Part shown: positions 12,201 to 26,311 of the stretch, one piece after another | Layout of the letters: every line of letters begins with the position of its first letter | How positions within the stretch are numbered: the stretch's first letter is position 1 | Assembly: GCA_965178125.1 (NCBI GenBank) | Contig: OZ237751.1 | Span: forward strand, 62,001-126,000 | Reading direction: 5' to 3' | DNA length: 64,000 nt | Origin: Bilabrum cf. latius | Taxonomy: Eukaryota | The notes under the pieces: generated by a model | Seen by the model: only the letters and a program-made list of their open reading frames with translations | Database searches by the model: none | Told to the model about the DNA's origin: nothing | Position numbers and translations under genes: made by a program

Positions 12201-15200
12201 GGGGCAGAATGGTTCAGACTTTTCGGTGTTTGGAGTACATAGGGGCGGCTTCCCTTTCTCCGACAGCACCAGCTTGCCCCCTGCCGGTCAGACCCCGCAG
12301 GGTGCAGCATCTATAGGAGCAACCAACAGCCGTGACTCCAGCGACGAAGGCTTGATTAATTTGTCCATCGCATCGTTGCGGGTCCTGCTACGCTCGGAGG
12401 ACCGTGACGCTGGCTTCAGCCTAACCAAGACTTACCTTCGCAAGATCCTATCGGTCGTATCACACTTGAGTGAGCCCCCCTGGTAGCTGCTAGGGCAGGT
12501 CAGCAGTCTCATGATTAAGCAGTAGGCAAGCAAGAGCAGCCGCGCTGCCGGTCGCGCAATGGCTGCTGGTAGGCAGTCGCTTCAGCGAGCAAGGTCCACC
12601 GCCTAGAAGACTGCGTTGGTCCTCCCTGTAGTGAAGCAGGGCTGGCGGCCAGTTCTCAAATCAACGGTGCGTAACGGTCAAGTGGGTATAATGGGGGAGC
12701 GGCAGTTGGCATACGCTCTGCTGTCTTTCAGTGTGCTCGACTCTGGGCTTTCCGCCACACCAGGAGCAGAGCTGGAGCACGCGTCGATCACCATTCAGGG
12801 TCTTGGCGTGCACTGCGCTCCAGGATCGCTCTATCCAGACCTGCCGATTGCCGGGCTATGGCTGGATGGGCCTGATGTCAGCCCACACGCATCGATTGAT
12901 CGATCTGTAGACAGCTCAAACGGAGCTGCTGCCAACGCCAGTCCAGTCCCAGACCCGAAAGCCACGGCTAGCAGTCTGCGGGGCGATTTGCCACTTCTGC
13001 TTCCAGTGCTGCAGCCCACCAAAGTGCAGCTCAAGATTACAGCAGCGCGGCTTGGCAAAGAGCTTGGTGCTACGGCCCGCCTATCTCCCCTCCCACCAGC
13101 CAGATCCATGTACGATATTGCATCCACCTTCGTTGATATCCGCCTATCGCACTTAAATGTAACACTGGACCAGGACCGCCTCAAGTGCCTGGTGCTGGTT
13201 GGGAAGGCCGCGGCTAGCATGCCGCAGCAGGCCATGGACCTGGGCCAAGCAGCAGGCATGGAGGATTTGCTCGGCTCTATCGCAGATGACTTTGACTACA
13301 AGAGCACGTCTAAGGAGCTGCGCATCGCGGCTGTCAAGGAGCTTGCTATGCTGCTGTACGAGTTCAAGCGGGAGCTGCGGCACTCCCCGGACGGGTTCCG
13401 AACGCTTGTATTGCAGCTGCTTCCACTCCGGTTGCTCTATAAGAGGGTTCAACAGCACCGTTGGGAAGCAGTCCAGGCCGCAAACGTTGCAGTAGCGCTG
13501 GCTGAGGAACGCGGAGTGTTGAGTTCCCGCCAGCTGCTGCACCCAGCTCATACTCCCGTCACTCACCAGTCCACATGGCCGGCGCTTCGCTGGCTACAAT
13601 CCGCCTCGGAGCTATCTCAGGCGATGACTGGCCTGCTGGACCGCAAAGCACAGACTGCACTGTCGCTGCAAGACTCTCGCAGACATCAGCTGAGCCGAAA
13701 GCTGCAGTCTGTGCTCGAGTCTGCCCGTTTCCTGCCCAATGCCAAGGTGCAGCTTCGCTTGCAGGAGATCCGGGTGGATCTAGTTGACCCCAATGACACT
13801 CGAAAGCCGGCAGTAGGCAGTGGTACTGCTCGTGACGGGGCCTTCTTTCAGGTCGGTGTAGACCGGGTATCTGCCCAGATTGATTCGCACGAGAGCGGCA
13901 AGCTGATCGTCACGGCGGACGTAGGGGAGATTCGAGGCAGGGACCGCAGGCCAGAAGCGGCTTTCCCCGTTCCTATCGGATTGCTGCAGGGCCATCAGCG
14001 AGTCAAAGAGGCCGAGCAGGAGGCCACATAGCAGATGCAGAGCTTACAGCGGCGTGAGGACGAGGAAATACGAAGAGAAGTCACCTTTTCGGGTGCTAGC
14101 GCGGCCGTGCGAGACAACAAGCCTGCTAGTACCGGCAAGGAACACCTGACCGGGGCTGTGAGGCGAGTGTCAATGCTACGAAATCTGGTTGGTAATCAAA
14201 GCAGCCTGCCTCGCGAATCTTCGGGTGCCAGCTTTGGTATGGAAGAGTCGCAAGCTGCGGAGATGCCCCAGCTCCAGCCGGTCGATTCGGGGCTCAGCTC
14301 GGGAGGGAGCCGGCGGGGCAGGGCCGCGAGCCACGTGTTGCTGGGAGGGGGCTTCACACCTACGGTAAGTGTTGAGGCAAGCTTAGCTCCTGAGTCGTTA
14401 CCTGCTCTCGGACGATAGGCGTCTCACACGCTCGAGCAGGCCAAGTGGTGGGGACACGTGGCGGGGACAGGGTCCTCGGGGCGCATGAACGCCGAAGCAG
14501 TAGTTGGCAGGTTGGGAGAAATTCACCGCTCCATCCTGCGGTGGGATGCTAGGCTCACCATCGAAAGGAAGAGGAGCCGCTAGATGCAGCGGCAGGAGCG
14601 GGAGCCCTCGAGTGGGGAGCCCTGCACACCCGTTGCCCTGCCAGAGACCATCTCGACCATAGACAAGGGTAGTCCAATGCACGGCAGCATGCAGCCACAC
14701 CCAAGCAGCCTTGTCTAGAGTAGACAAGCCCGGTCGCACCACGCAGGCCTTCTCACATCATGGAGCGCGTTCAGATCCCGGGTGTCAGCCCGTGGAGTGG
14801 TGCGGCAGCTTATTTCGCGCAGCAGCCCACAGCTCGGGATTGATGCCCCGTTGAGTGGACCCGTAGCCCCTGGAGCCCCCCACCTGACTATGTTCGCGTC
14901 CCGCTTCTACTGGAGTGAGGTGCCCGACCGATGGCACGTGGGCGACGAGGAGCACGCGGCTGTAGAGGCCGTGCACGGGCCGGGGCCCGCCTGGGTGCAT
15001 CTGGCCCTTGAGATGCGCATCCCTGCGAGTGGGATCGTGAACGTGTCTCACGCAACTGTCAGTGCATTGCCGCTGAAGGTGGGAGTCAGCGGCTCGCTGG
15101 TGGCTCGCATCGTGGAGATGGCCAGCGGGGCTCTCAGCGGGGCGGAGGAGGAACTGTCCTTCCCGTACGACCCGTGGACCCTGCTTCCGCCCTCGCCCTC

Positions 15201-16788
15201 ACGCTCTGTGGAACCTTCGTATGGTTTGAATGCTGCACTCGGTCGCTTTGACACTGCTGATGCTGCCGAAGCAGAGGCATCGAGTGCCCGCAGCGCAACT
15301 GGCAGCCGGACTGCGGGATTTGTTGGAGCATCGCCATTCGGACGACACAGGCAGAAGCGGGTTCGCCGAGCCGATGACGAGCCTTCGCTGACAGCACGAG
15401 CCGCAGTGGCCCGCACCATTGCGAGAAAGAACGAAGAAGCGCTGCAGGGAGCTGAAGGCGTTGATCGCATGGCCGTGACAACGCCCTCACCAGCCCAGGG
15501 GTAGGTCCTCACCAGGCTGCAAGAGGCCAGCCGGGGCATGCTCGGTGGTGAGCTGCCCCAGGCGGCCTCCTCCCGCAGCCTGGCCATGGAGAACAGCATC
15601 CGGGCTGCCGTACAGGGCAACATGCAGGCTCAGATGGTTGCTGCTAGGGCGAGGTCGAAGCTCGCCGCAGGTGCAGCTGCCGGCCTCGCTGTCAATCGGT
15701 GGAGGCTGGTGCATGGCCAGAACCAGTGCGACTTTGTGGTGGGTGACCCGGTGGCGTGGTAGAGGGGGGCGGCGCACGAGGGAGTGACCGTGGAGGAGGC
15801 GCTGGCGCATCACGTGCCTCTGCCCTCCGGGGCCGTGTTTGGGATCGTGCTTCCCAACGGCCTGGCCATGCAGGTCTTCGTGGCCCCCGAGATGATGGCG
15901 CGGGATGCCTTCACCCAGGAGGCAGAGGGTGGCAGGAAGCAACTAGAGGTCATTGGGTTCCAAGAGCTGTGTCTGGATCCCGAGTCCGATTACGCCCGAT
16001 TCGCCCGCATGGACCCCGAGGCGGCCCACTCGCTGGCAGAGGGACTCAAGCTGGCCAGCGCGCCCAATGCTGGCCCGCACAGGGTCGCGCTTGCTGCCCT
16101 TGTAGACCGGAGCAGGCACCTGAGGCTGCGTGCGCCTCCTAACGTAGAGAGTCTGTGGAGCCGACTGGCCCGGCACGCCCGCTCGGCGCCTTGCCCTGCG
16201 GTATTCGAGGAGCTGCAGCGGTCGGTGCGTTCGTTCGCCGCCAGTCGGCTGCGGCTCGCGCTGGAGCGGGTGTCAAAGGGAAGATAGGAGGCGTCAAGTA
16301 GCGCTGGAACAGACGGCGGTGCCATGAATAGAGGCGTTAGATTGAGCATGGGTTCGTCTTCAAGCAGGGCAGGGGCGGATGCGGGTGTGAGCCAGTCAGC
16401 AGGGGAGAGGGTTGGCAAGGGCCGCAGGCGAGGCCAAGAGGCTGTTGACGAGATGGCGGAGCGGGCGAAGGAGCTCATGATATTTCGCTTCATTCGACTC
16501 GAGTCTGTCGACCTGGAGTTTCACTTCGTGTCAGAGGATGACGCCTCGCAGCGGCCGCTGTTCTCGCTGGCTGATGTGAGCGGCCTTCGCATCAAGCTGC
16601 ATCCAGTTATCGTGCGCTCGAGGAGGTGCTCTGCGCAAGACTTGCTGCTCGACCTTCGAAATACGGTCATTATGGATATCCTTTCGTAGGCTGGGCAGAA
16701 CTTCAAGAACATTGGAGCATACCTTGCGCCACGGCTTGGGCTTGGTTCGACCACAGATGGTTTCGCAGCTGCAGCAAATCTGCAGTGA
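6280..16788 (+). CDS. BLTP2: Bridge-like lipid transfer protein, BLTP2/FMP27/Hobbit/SABRE family (~3470 aa; exons 6280-6330 and 6427-16788; 28 in-frame TAG)
   Basis: Hydrophobic N-terminal anchor MIGAAWICLCLLSLTPA|VVNFLVW. A 10.36 kb single frame is interrupted only by TAG and ends TGA 16786-16788. C-terminal Apt1-like segment VDEMAERAKELMIFRFIRL...DLLLDLRNTVIMDILS*AGQNF. Confidence 0.8.
6331..6426 (+). other. Spliceosomal intron (96 bp, phase 0)
   Basis: GTGAGC...ATTCTGCAG; joins a 17-codon hydrophobic exon in frame to the long exon. Confidence 0.75.
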
Positions 16789-17082
16789 TCCGATCCGCAC
16801 CAAGCTGTATTGCTGGCTACATCGTCGACATTGATACCAAAAGAGCAGCTTGAAGAAATGCTTCAATACCTAACAAACAACAAACTGTGATATTTTTTGT
16901 TCCAATCGTCGTCACTGCGAACACATCTCTGCGGTTGTCATTGATTGTCATTCGATACCAGACGAAAAGACCTGCATCAATTACTATTATGCTTGACGAC
17001 TTTCAATTGTAAATCGGTGGGCTCGACGTGCTCTGTTCCCCATAGAATCTTGCTCTCCAAACTGAGAGCAGTTGCTCTGTTC

Positions 17083-20000
17083 ATGCAGGCGGCCGATTGG
17101 CTAGATCCGTTCCGCCTACGGGGTTTGGACAACATCAAAGGAGGATTCAGTTTGTATCCATGGCAGCAGGCAGCTTTGCGCAGAGGATTTGGCCATGGCA
17201 AGGCCGGACAAGAATAGGAACTATTGAAACGAATTTCGAGCTTGCTGCTGCTCCCGAAATCTTTCGTTTTTTCAGCGCCGACGTCAGGCGGAAAGAGTAT
17301 GGTAGCAGATATACTAATGTTGCGTGAATTACTCGCGCGCCGAGCCCTTCGCCCGGGCTTGCCGTGGCGCTCGCTGGTCGTTGTGCCATTCACAGCGCTG
17401 GCAGCTGAAAAAGCCCAGGACCTGAGGCGCCGAATCCCACTCTCGCCAGCTCGAGGCGGTTTTGGCTTAATCCTTGATTCGGCTGCTCACGTAGGGGAAG
17501 GGAACGCTGGAGATGCGTAGCTTTCGCAGCGTGGTGCGCCAGCATCGATTCCGTACCGGCAGATTGGGGAGCACTGTGGGATACGCAGGAGCAGTTGCAG
17601 CGGAGCCTCCAGCGAAGCGGACCCATTACCAAGCAGAGACATGAACCGAGAGAGTGTGTCAGCGTCCATTCGGGTAGGCGAGTGCTATGGCAGGCACTCC
17701 TTGCGGTCAGTGGAGGGTTGCGACGTGGTGGTTTGCACGATCGAGAAAGCATGTCGACTGGTCACGCAGCTGGCCATGCAGGGCCGTCTCCACGAACTTG
17801 CGTCGATCGTGGTGGATGAAATGGACATCGTGGGCAGGGACTCGCGCGGGGCGCTCATCGAGCGAATGCTGGGCGTGGTCCGCATGGCCTGCCGAGAGAC
17901 TGCCTGGCCGTGGCCAAATAGCTCGAAGGAGCTGTGGGCAGCGACCCATTTGGGGTCCCAAGACCCGCCAGAGAAGTCAAAACGAGCCCTAGATGCACCA
18001 TCATCGGCAGGCGTGTCCACAGCAAGGACCAGCTGTGCTGGCACGATTGCTCATCCACACTCAGTTGGCCGTGCTGTTGCAACTGCCGAAGCCTGCTGCC
18101 TGCCCGACAAGAGCGTAATCAAGGGTCCAGTGACACGAGTTGTTGAGGTTATTCAAGCTATGAGTGGCCGGGGTGGTGATGATCTGCGCGCAGATCACGC
18201 TTCAGGTGATCCCCAGCCAAGCGCAAGCAAGCGAAGGAGGAAGGAGGCTGGACCACCCGATGTATCGGCCGGCCTGGACGTGCTGAAGGGCTTGTCTCCT
18301 GCACAGTGGCAGCATATGGGCTTCTTATGGCTGGTACTGCCCCAGGTTGTACCGATGAGATCCCATGGACCCACCGACTCGGCTATCTCGCGAGCAGCTG
18401 AAGCAGGCCGAGCCACAGCGGCTGCAGGGCTGCTGCGCATCCCGGTGATTGGGATGTCTGCCACATTTTGTGGGTCACTACCGTATGTGAGCAGGTGGCT
18501 GCATGCTTAGGTGGCTTTATTTAAGAACCGACCCAGAGCGATCCGCCGGGTGGTGTTGCAGGGAGATAAGCTGCTTGCTGTTCAATCGAGTGGGGGATCG
18601 GGGCTGGCGAGACTGTCCAGCACTGGGCGCGTGGAGCAGAGTCCCCGTGGAGCTCTCGTAATGAATGTCGGTACTGAGCAGACGGGGCCATCCAGCAAGC
18701 AGGCCAAGGCTGCAGCATCCTCATCGGCTTCCTCCACAGATAGCACACTGCGAGGGATTCTTTCAAGCTGCCTGAGGCCAGCCTCAGCAGCCTCGTCGGA
18801 CTCATCGTCGGCACGACCGCAAGTGTTGGTCTTCTGTCCAACCAGAGCAACTGTTGAGGGATTCGCTGCTTCCATTCAAGCTACGCAGCAAAATTTCCAC
18901 GTGGGATCCATTTCGATCGGTGATCCCAAGCCCGGAGACGGCGTGGAAGTTTCCCTGTCCCAGCAAATAGTCGAGGTAAGCGAGCACAGCAAACGGTGGG
19001 AGCTGGCTTCGCAATTGGAAGGATTGTGTCAGGATGGTGTGAGCGAACCAACAAGGAGGCTGCTAATCAGTGCCGCTCGAGCAGGCGTCTCCATTCACCA
19101 CGCGAGGCTGCCAAAAGGCGTCAAGTCTAAGGTGATTAGCGCCTTCAGGGAAGGCACTCTCAGGTGCCTTTGCTGCACTACTACCCTTAGTGTCGGTGTA
19201 AACTTGCCTGCTGATGTCATTGTGGTGCGACGGCTGCACGGCTGGCTTGGCTCTAGTCTCACTCATCGATACTTGGGAGCGCCCAAGTACTGTCAAATTG
19301 AAGGGCGCTGCGGCAGAGGCAAAGCCAAGGAGGGCGAGGGCAATGCTGAAGGGACCAGCCCGGCACCGGCCAGCGAGTGGTTAGGCAGGCAGCCCACCAC
19401 CATTGTTGCTGTAGACTCTCCTCGGGATCTCCCGTATGCGGAGCAGCTGTTGGTCGCAGTCACTACGGACGGTGGCGGCATCACGCGAGAGAACGCTGAG
19501 ATCGGGGCTGTGGCGCGTCATAGCTCGCTTGTTCCCTCCGTGGTCGCAAACTACCTGCGTGGAGACTGCTGTGTGCCCAAACAAGGTGTCGCGTCTGAAA
19601 CTGGCAGAAAAACAGACGAGCGTGGATCTGCCAAAGCTGCTGGTGGTCCTGGTCAGGTACAATCGTGCCCACACATCGACGTCGTGGCCCGGCACCTCGA
19701 AGCTGAGAGTCACCCGCTGTCGGCATTTCTGCTGGATCTGCAGCTGTCTGGGATCGCACCTGCGCTGCGACACGGGCTTGGGCACGCGCACGGTAGCAGT
19801 TCCTAGTATGAGCAGTACCTTGAGTCGCTGTCGAGCTGCATGCTGCTGGGGCAGGAGTTCAACGAGGCCAGCCACGATCGAGGGCAATTCTTAGAGAGGC
19901 TTGGCGCGCTGGTGGCGGCGTGTGCCCGGCGGGTGGCCCGGCTGGGTCTGCTGCAGGAGAACAGGGGGCACGATCGGCGCATGGCTGTCGCGTTGAGTGC

Positions 20001-23000
20001 CTCTGGGGTGGGGCTGGATGCCGGCGTGTCTATGGGCCAGGCCGCCCTGAGGCTCAGGGCTCGGCTCATGCCCCATCCGATTGCCTTGCTGCACCTTGCC
20101 GTGCCTGACGAGTGTCTAGAGCGAGTGCACAGCGGGGCGGGCGAACCTCGGCTGCCTCTGCTTCCAGTCACTAGTGCGGTATCGCTCGTCACAGCCACTG
20201 TGTGCATGGACGCGCGCGCCTCTGCCGCCCTGCAGCTGCAGGGTGTGCGCCTGGATGAGCTGAGAGAGACCGGCCACGAGCTTGAGAGGGATGAAAATCG
20301 AGGGGCCAAGAGCATGTCAATTCGGCTGGAGATCGATCAAGCAACTGGGCAGACTGGCAATGCAGGGCATTCCGTTGTGTTCCGCCTGAGCGACGTGCGA
20401 TCGAGGCGTCTGTCCCTGCTGCGGGCCGGTTGGGCCTGTCTTCTTTATATTATCTTGCAACACGTGAGGCATTGCCTGCAGCCAGAGATGCAACTCTTGT
20501 TTCGATGCTTAGCTGTGCCGATGTGTGCCAACTGCTCTATCTTCCCGCTCTTTGTGCCCTCGCAGGCTGGTAATACAGACACGATCGTCGGCATCCTGCG
20601 CAAGATCGGCTTGTCATCGACAGCGTTGAATATGTCCACCGCGTCTGCTCGAGAGGTGCTCCGGATCGTCAAGCGATCGTGCCGCGGTCTTGCTCGCCTG
20701 TACAAGCAGCTGGGCTGGGCCGACTTGGAGAAACCGATGCAGACTCTATGCCAGTCCATGGACAAGTGCACGAAGCAATCAGTCTCCTCACCCAGCGCAC
20801 AGCTGCAGCGTGCCACAGGCTGTGATACCCACGTGGCCTAGATTGCAGCAGAGCACCATCTGCAAGACCTGCTCATGAGTGTGAAGGGTGAAACTGCACC
20901 AGAGGACGCAGGGCCCCCGTGGGCCAGGGCTGTTGCCGCCACCTACCGGTACTAGCCCGGCAGTTCGCCAGCGATGCTTGCAGCTAGCTCGGGTTCCAGT
21001 ACATTGGGTAGTCTGGACGGAATTTTAGAGGCCCATTCGGCAAGTCCGATCTCCACTGCAGCATCTAGCATGCTGCAGAGGCTCCTGCAAGGCGAAGAAG
21101 GATATCACAGCAATCCAAGGAAAGCTGCAGGTCGCGCAGCACATAGTATGCAGCATGTGCAGTCCGCCAAATCCGCTGCATATGTCTCTCGGGGCACGAA
21201 AGCGATTTCTCCGTCTTCCAGTGGCACCAAAGCTCACAGCCAGCTCGACAGCCTGCTTGTGCCCATTGCCGATGACCACGAGCCCGAGGCTAGTCGAAAG
21301 GAGTGCGAAGATGACCAGGTTTCAGTGCTCTCCAGCGCGTCTGGCAGTGATTCGGATGGCTTGACTTCGGGTAGTAGTGTCAGTAGTTTCGATTCTGGCT
21401 ATAGCGACAGTAGCGACGAAGGCCTAGCCGGAACAGAGTCGGGAACCGACACAGATGGCAGCTATTCAGACGAGGAGGGTCTGGAACATGTGATTCGCGA
21501 TTCAGCGGGCTTGGAAGATTGGGAATGTCCGTCACCTGACGCTGTTACTGATGCCTCGCAGAGTCCCAGGATGGATGAGTCCGCCATGGCAGTCGAGGCC
21601 ATCGTGGCGGGATCCATCGGTGACTCGGCGATCCGGAACGAAGGGCCCGGCTCACCATCTCTAACCTGGCACTAGAACAGCAATCCCGCTGAAACGGAGA
21701 TGCCAATCGGTCTTGGGATTCGTGTAGGTCCCACCATGTCCCAACGTCAGCAGGAGCAGGGTACCATTTCCGCTGAGGACTCCCTCCTGCATGCCCCTGC
21801 ATTCGGCCGCTTCCTGCCTTGGACCCCACCCGCGAGTCAGCTGCGCACTGCGCCCCGTGTTCTATCTGCCGCACTATCGTAGTCCGGGCGGCTTTCTAGC
21901 ACGCCGCGTGCCCCTCGCACCTTGAGCGATGCTCTGAGCGAGACGGACGGCGTGCTGCACCAGACCTTCGGGGCGGAGGAGGCCTCGAATGCCTCACCTG
22001 GTGCCGACGGTGCTGCTATGTCACGCTCCTCTGCTGAGAGTACTGGCCGCCGCGAGTGGAGTTAGGAGTGCTTGCAACGGCAGGTCGTGGCGCTGCAGGT
22101 GGTGCTACGCCCGCTCCCTGCCCACTCGTCCGCGGCGCGATGGTGTAGCATGGGCCGGTGGACCACGAAGCATCGCGAGGGAACCACGCCAGCAGTAGTC
22201 TCGACCGACCGTCCGATGGATTCTAGCTTTACGATGCGGGCCGCTGGACTGACCGTGCTGTGGGGTATGGGTAGGGGTTAGGTCGCTCACGTGCAGCTCC
22301 CGAGCGGCTGGAGACTGCCTTCAGATCTCAGGGCGCTGTCGCGCTGGGTGTCCCAAAGCTACGGTGTCAAAAGCAGAACGGCCGAATTGCACCGCCCGCC
22401 GGATGCGTCCTGGGCCAACATGCCCGTGTCTGCGCTATGCGCCATTATGGACTTTGCAGGTGGTCAGAAGGCGGGACCACCAAGCTGCGCCAGCACTGTG
22501 TGCAAGCTGTGGAGGCAGGCTTGGATCCTATCCCACAACCAGGCCGTGACGAGGAACCTCGACAAAGACATGAGCGGGCTCAGGGAGGTCCTCGGTCAGC
22601 CTCACATCACGTTTGTCATGCTTCAAGCCAAGTAGCAGCTTCGATGGATCGCACAGGCTGGCCTGCCTGTATCCGGTCACATCTGTGACCCTGTGCTTGG
22701 CAGCCGAATGCTCCGCCAGGCCACGTGGCACGACTATGACGGCGGTGCCCCAAGGCTGGATGCTTTGCTGCAACATTGTGCGGATCTATGCTCGGATCCG
22801 GATGTGCCGGTGGCTGGCAGCGTATCGTCACTTCTTCGCAACTTCCGCTCGATCGCCGTTAAAGGGGGCATTAGCGGGACCCGTGCGGTGCGGTAGACCC
22901 AGGGCACTGTCAGGGCTGCAGGATAGACGGTTAGATCACTTGAGTTCCTCGTCGTGTAGAGAGCCAGCGGTGCAGATCGACCCGTCCTGGGCGAGCGTGG

Positions 23001-25584
23001 CGCGAGGCGTGGTAGGCTGCAGCCAGCTACATCGGCTCGCCTTCTCGCGCAAGCTGGCTTGCTCTGCAACGCGGTGATTCTGCCAGCCCTACACAGCCTG
23101 GAGCTGCATCGCGTATTTCTGCTGCAAGAGATGCCGCTGCAGAGAGCCCTTGCATCGATGGAGGCGCGCGGGATGGCTCTCGATACGAACAAAGTGTATC
23201 GTCTCCGGTCTAGTGCGCGCATGGTGCTCGATGCGATTCATGCTGACGCACACGACGCACTCGGTGAAATGAAGACAGGTCAAGCGAAATCAGGCGCAGC
23301 TACTAGTAGTTCGTCAGGGATGCGCACATCCAGCTTGTTACCCGCCTTTCTCACAGCTTCTGGTACCTGCGATATCTTGACGCGTGTGTCGGGCCAGCCC
23401 GAAGTCCTTTCGGCTCTGTCTCGCGGGCTGCATGAAGCGAGGGCGCGCCCAGTGCTGGCCACGCCGGGCAGATGGTTCGAGGCAGAAGCCGACTGCTGGG
23501 GCCCTTGTGCGTTCGAGCTGCAGGCTGCTATCTCAGACCTGAACGGGGACGGCGATCGGTTTTCAGGAGCCCTCGCCCGCCAGTTGAAGTCCCGTGCGGT
23601 GGTCTACTGCTTAATGGCCTTTGGCGGCGAGCGGCTTGCTAGGCTGCTTCGAGCCATGGTTGGCGCTAGGGTGACACTACGTGTCCTCTGGCACGCCAAC
23701 TCTTTACTGAGAGCCGTGCACTGGCAGCCCGGCAGCTCCCCTCCGCTCCCGTGCGTGCTGCCAGAGCTCACCTCGTGCGGGCCCACAGGGAGGGTGGTTG
23801 CCTCGGCCCCGGCGGTGCAGTCGCTCCCGTCCAGCGTGCGCCTGCCGCGCCTTGCAGGCACTTCCCTCGCCGACTTGCTGCAGAAGGGGATCGACCCGGC
23901 TGCCATGGCTGGTATGGGTGCTTGGGTGCTGGACGCGGGTCGCCTGGGGCAACGACTCAAGGCTGAGCGAGAGAGACTCAGGGCTGCAGCGGCCGGGAGG
24001 CTGTCTTCCCCTCATTACGTGCGGATGGAGGCCAGTGGATCAAAAGGCGGAGTCACAGGCGCGTCGCAGACTTTGATACCAAACACGTCTGCAGCAGGTG
24101 GGGCCCCGGGCGGCGCCACGGCAGCTGCTGGAAAGGGAGCTGCGCGCGAGCGAGGGTCTTCACGAAGCATGTTTCGCCGCGGCGTAATCATGGAAGTTCT
24201 TTAGCCTGCACTGACTGCATCCGATCCCATCAGTACGCTCTCTAATGCTGCCAGCAGCAGCAGTAGCAGCAGCAGCGCCGCCAGCTCAACCCCACCAGCC
24301 TCTACACCAGCGAGCGCAGCCCCACCCGTCGGCTCGCTCGCCAGCTACTGGTCAGCTCGGGGTGCCCCGCTTCCGCGCCCAGCCCGCGAATGCCGGGTGG
24401 CCCTCGTGCACATTGGGGCCGCCGGGACAAAGCCCGGCGCCCCTGTCTCGCACGTCAGGAGGGTGCTGCCGTACCCAGCCAGCGCCGTGCTGCCCAACCG
24501 CTGGGACCTCAGTGCTAGCCCTGTAGCTGCCAGCCCGCTGCAGGGCAGACCGCCAGGCCTGTGGGACATGCCTCAGTTCGGGAGCGCATCCATGTGCTCT
24601 CTCGTGGACGATCGGCCCCTGCTGCGGGGGTGTCTCGTGGCCCGGCCAGGGCACTTGATCCTGTCTCTGGACTACTCCGCCATCGAGCTGCGGCTGCTGG
24701 CTTGGCTCTCGGGGGATGAGCGACTGCTCCGTATCGTTGGTCGGGCTGGAACAGATTCCACCGAGGCATTTCGCGGGGTGCTGGGCGAACTGGGTATGCC
24801 AGCTCTGGGCCGGACCATGGCCAAGCAGGCGGCCAAGACCATCGTTTACGGTGTCGTGTACGGCATGGGCGCCAGGTCCCTGGGCAAGCGGCTAGGCCTC
24901 TCCGACACGGCGGCGAAGCACGTGCTCTCCACCTTTCTCGGGGTGTTCAAGGGTGTGGGTGCACTCAGGAAGTCGGCGTGGAGGGGGGCGCTGGCATGCG
25001 GGGGTGCGGTGACCACTGCGGGGGGCAGGCGACGGATGGTGGCGGACACGGGGAGGTATGCCATGCGTGGGTCCTCGGGGCAGGGCAGGCGCAGGGCACT
25101 CAGCACGCTGGTGCAGGGCACTGCAGCGGACGTGCTGCAGCGGGCCCTCCTCGGCCTGTGGAGGCGCATCGCATCGGCCTAGACATACAGCTCTGGCTAG
25201 CATGGGAGCTCGAGCGGCAGGGAAGTAGGGACAATCTAGCCAGCAGGAGAAACACTTAAATCAGCAGCAGGCTAGCCAGTATCGGCGGGTGGTCCTAATG
25301 GTAGCATTCGTTGGCGGGGTGTGCGGCTGCTGCTGCCGGTCCACGACGAGGTGCTCCTCGAGGTGCCTGCGGCTGGGCTGGGCGAGGTGGCGCGGGGGGC
25401 GGCCTGCATCATGCGGCGGGCGGGTGCGGAGCTGGGCATTGGGGTGGAGCTGCCTGTGAGGGCCAGTGCGGGGACCAGCTGGGGCGGGCTGGAGCCGGTG
25501 GAAGGCCTCCCAGCGGGTGCCCCTGCAGCAAGCGGGAGCGTTGCAGCGAGAGAGGGTCGCAGCGAAGCATCGAACCAGTCGTGA
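17083..25584 (+). CDS. POLQ: DNA polymerase theta (SF2 helicase + A-family polymerase), ~2830 aa, 19 in-frame TAG
   Basis: One frame ending TGA 25582-25584. Helicase motifs LYPWQ, SAPTSGGKS, IVVDEMD, GMSAT, VLVFCPTR, HHARL, TTTLSVGVNLPA, QIEGRCGR. Polymerase motifs EMPLQRALASMEARGM, DYSAIELRLLAWLSGD, AKTIVYGVVYGMG, VQGTAADV, VHDEVLLEV. Confidence 0.92.
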
Positions 25585-25705
25585 CATTGACAGGGCGTTC
25601 TCTGATCAGACAAATGAATGAGTCCTGCCTGGATGAACACGACATGCATAGTGTTCGAAATCCTAAACCATATATATCTGTCCTCATCCTGGTTGCAGGC
25701 AGCTG

Positions 25706-26311
25706 TCATCGTCTGTCTTCAATTGGTAGCTGCTTCGCCAGCAGCTCTACGAGGTACATATGCCTTCCCACGTGCTACTGCGGAGGCGCACAGGCCTCTT
25801 TCCATTCAGATTGATCGACTACCGCAACTTTCCAACCCTTCCTGCGAGCCTGTGCATGCTTCTCCAGTATCTCTTTCTTCAGCACCCTCGTATCAGGATA
25901 AAAGTCCTCTTCTACGGCTACTTCAAAGGCAAGAAACTTGTCTCGGAGTACAAAAGGCATAACAACACCCTCCGCTATCTCAAAATTTTCCTAGACCGGC
26001 CAATTGACCTTTCTGAATGTCTGTCGCAACCCGAGAGTAGTTACCATCCTAGGGTCAAACTGAGAGGCATACTCCACTGCCTGCCTGATCCTGAGCGCCC
26101 TCCTCTTCCTAAACTTCTTACGAACGGATTTTCTTACGCCAGCAGAGTTTGAACCGAATCTCACTGCCCCTGAGCAATCAGTCAAGGCAAACCCGACCGT
26201 CCTGCAATCAGGAGCACATGCCAGGGTCTCTCGCCCAAATAGCGGCGTAAATACCCTACTATACACCTATCTTGCAAAGAAACAGCGCTTGATATTACTG
26301 GATGCTCTCAT
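25706..26311 (-). CDS. RAP-domain protein, possibly mitochondrion-targeted (201 aa, 3 in-frame TAG)
   Basis: ATG 26311, TAG at 26267, 25991 and 25775, TGA 25706. Basic Arg/Ser-rich N-terminus. C-terminal LAFEV..EEDFY..TRVLKKEILEKH....RKGWKVAVVDQSEW resembles a RAP domain. Confidence 0.65.

Noticed and set aside
6427-16788. Many tiny in-frame introns hiding each TAG
   Set aside because: This would need dozens of 3n-length introns free of TAA/TGA; no consistent GT donors are present, and motifs such as S*NHAW are continuous across TAG.
6427-25584. Pseudogenes, or C-to-T damage/RIP-like mutation, explaining the internal stops
   Set aside because: Decay or deamination would also create TAA (from CAA), TGA (from CGA) and frameshifts; only TAG occurs over about 19 kb of open frame.
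25760-26152. 130-aa + strand ORF
   Set aside because: Antisense to the RAP-domain gene, which has better motif support.
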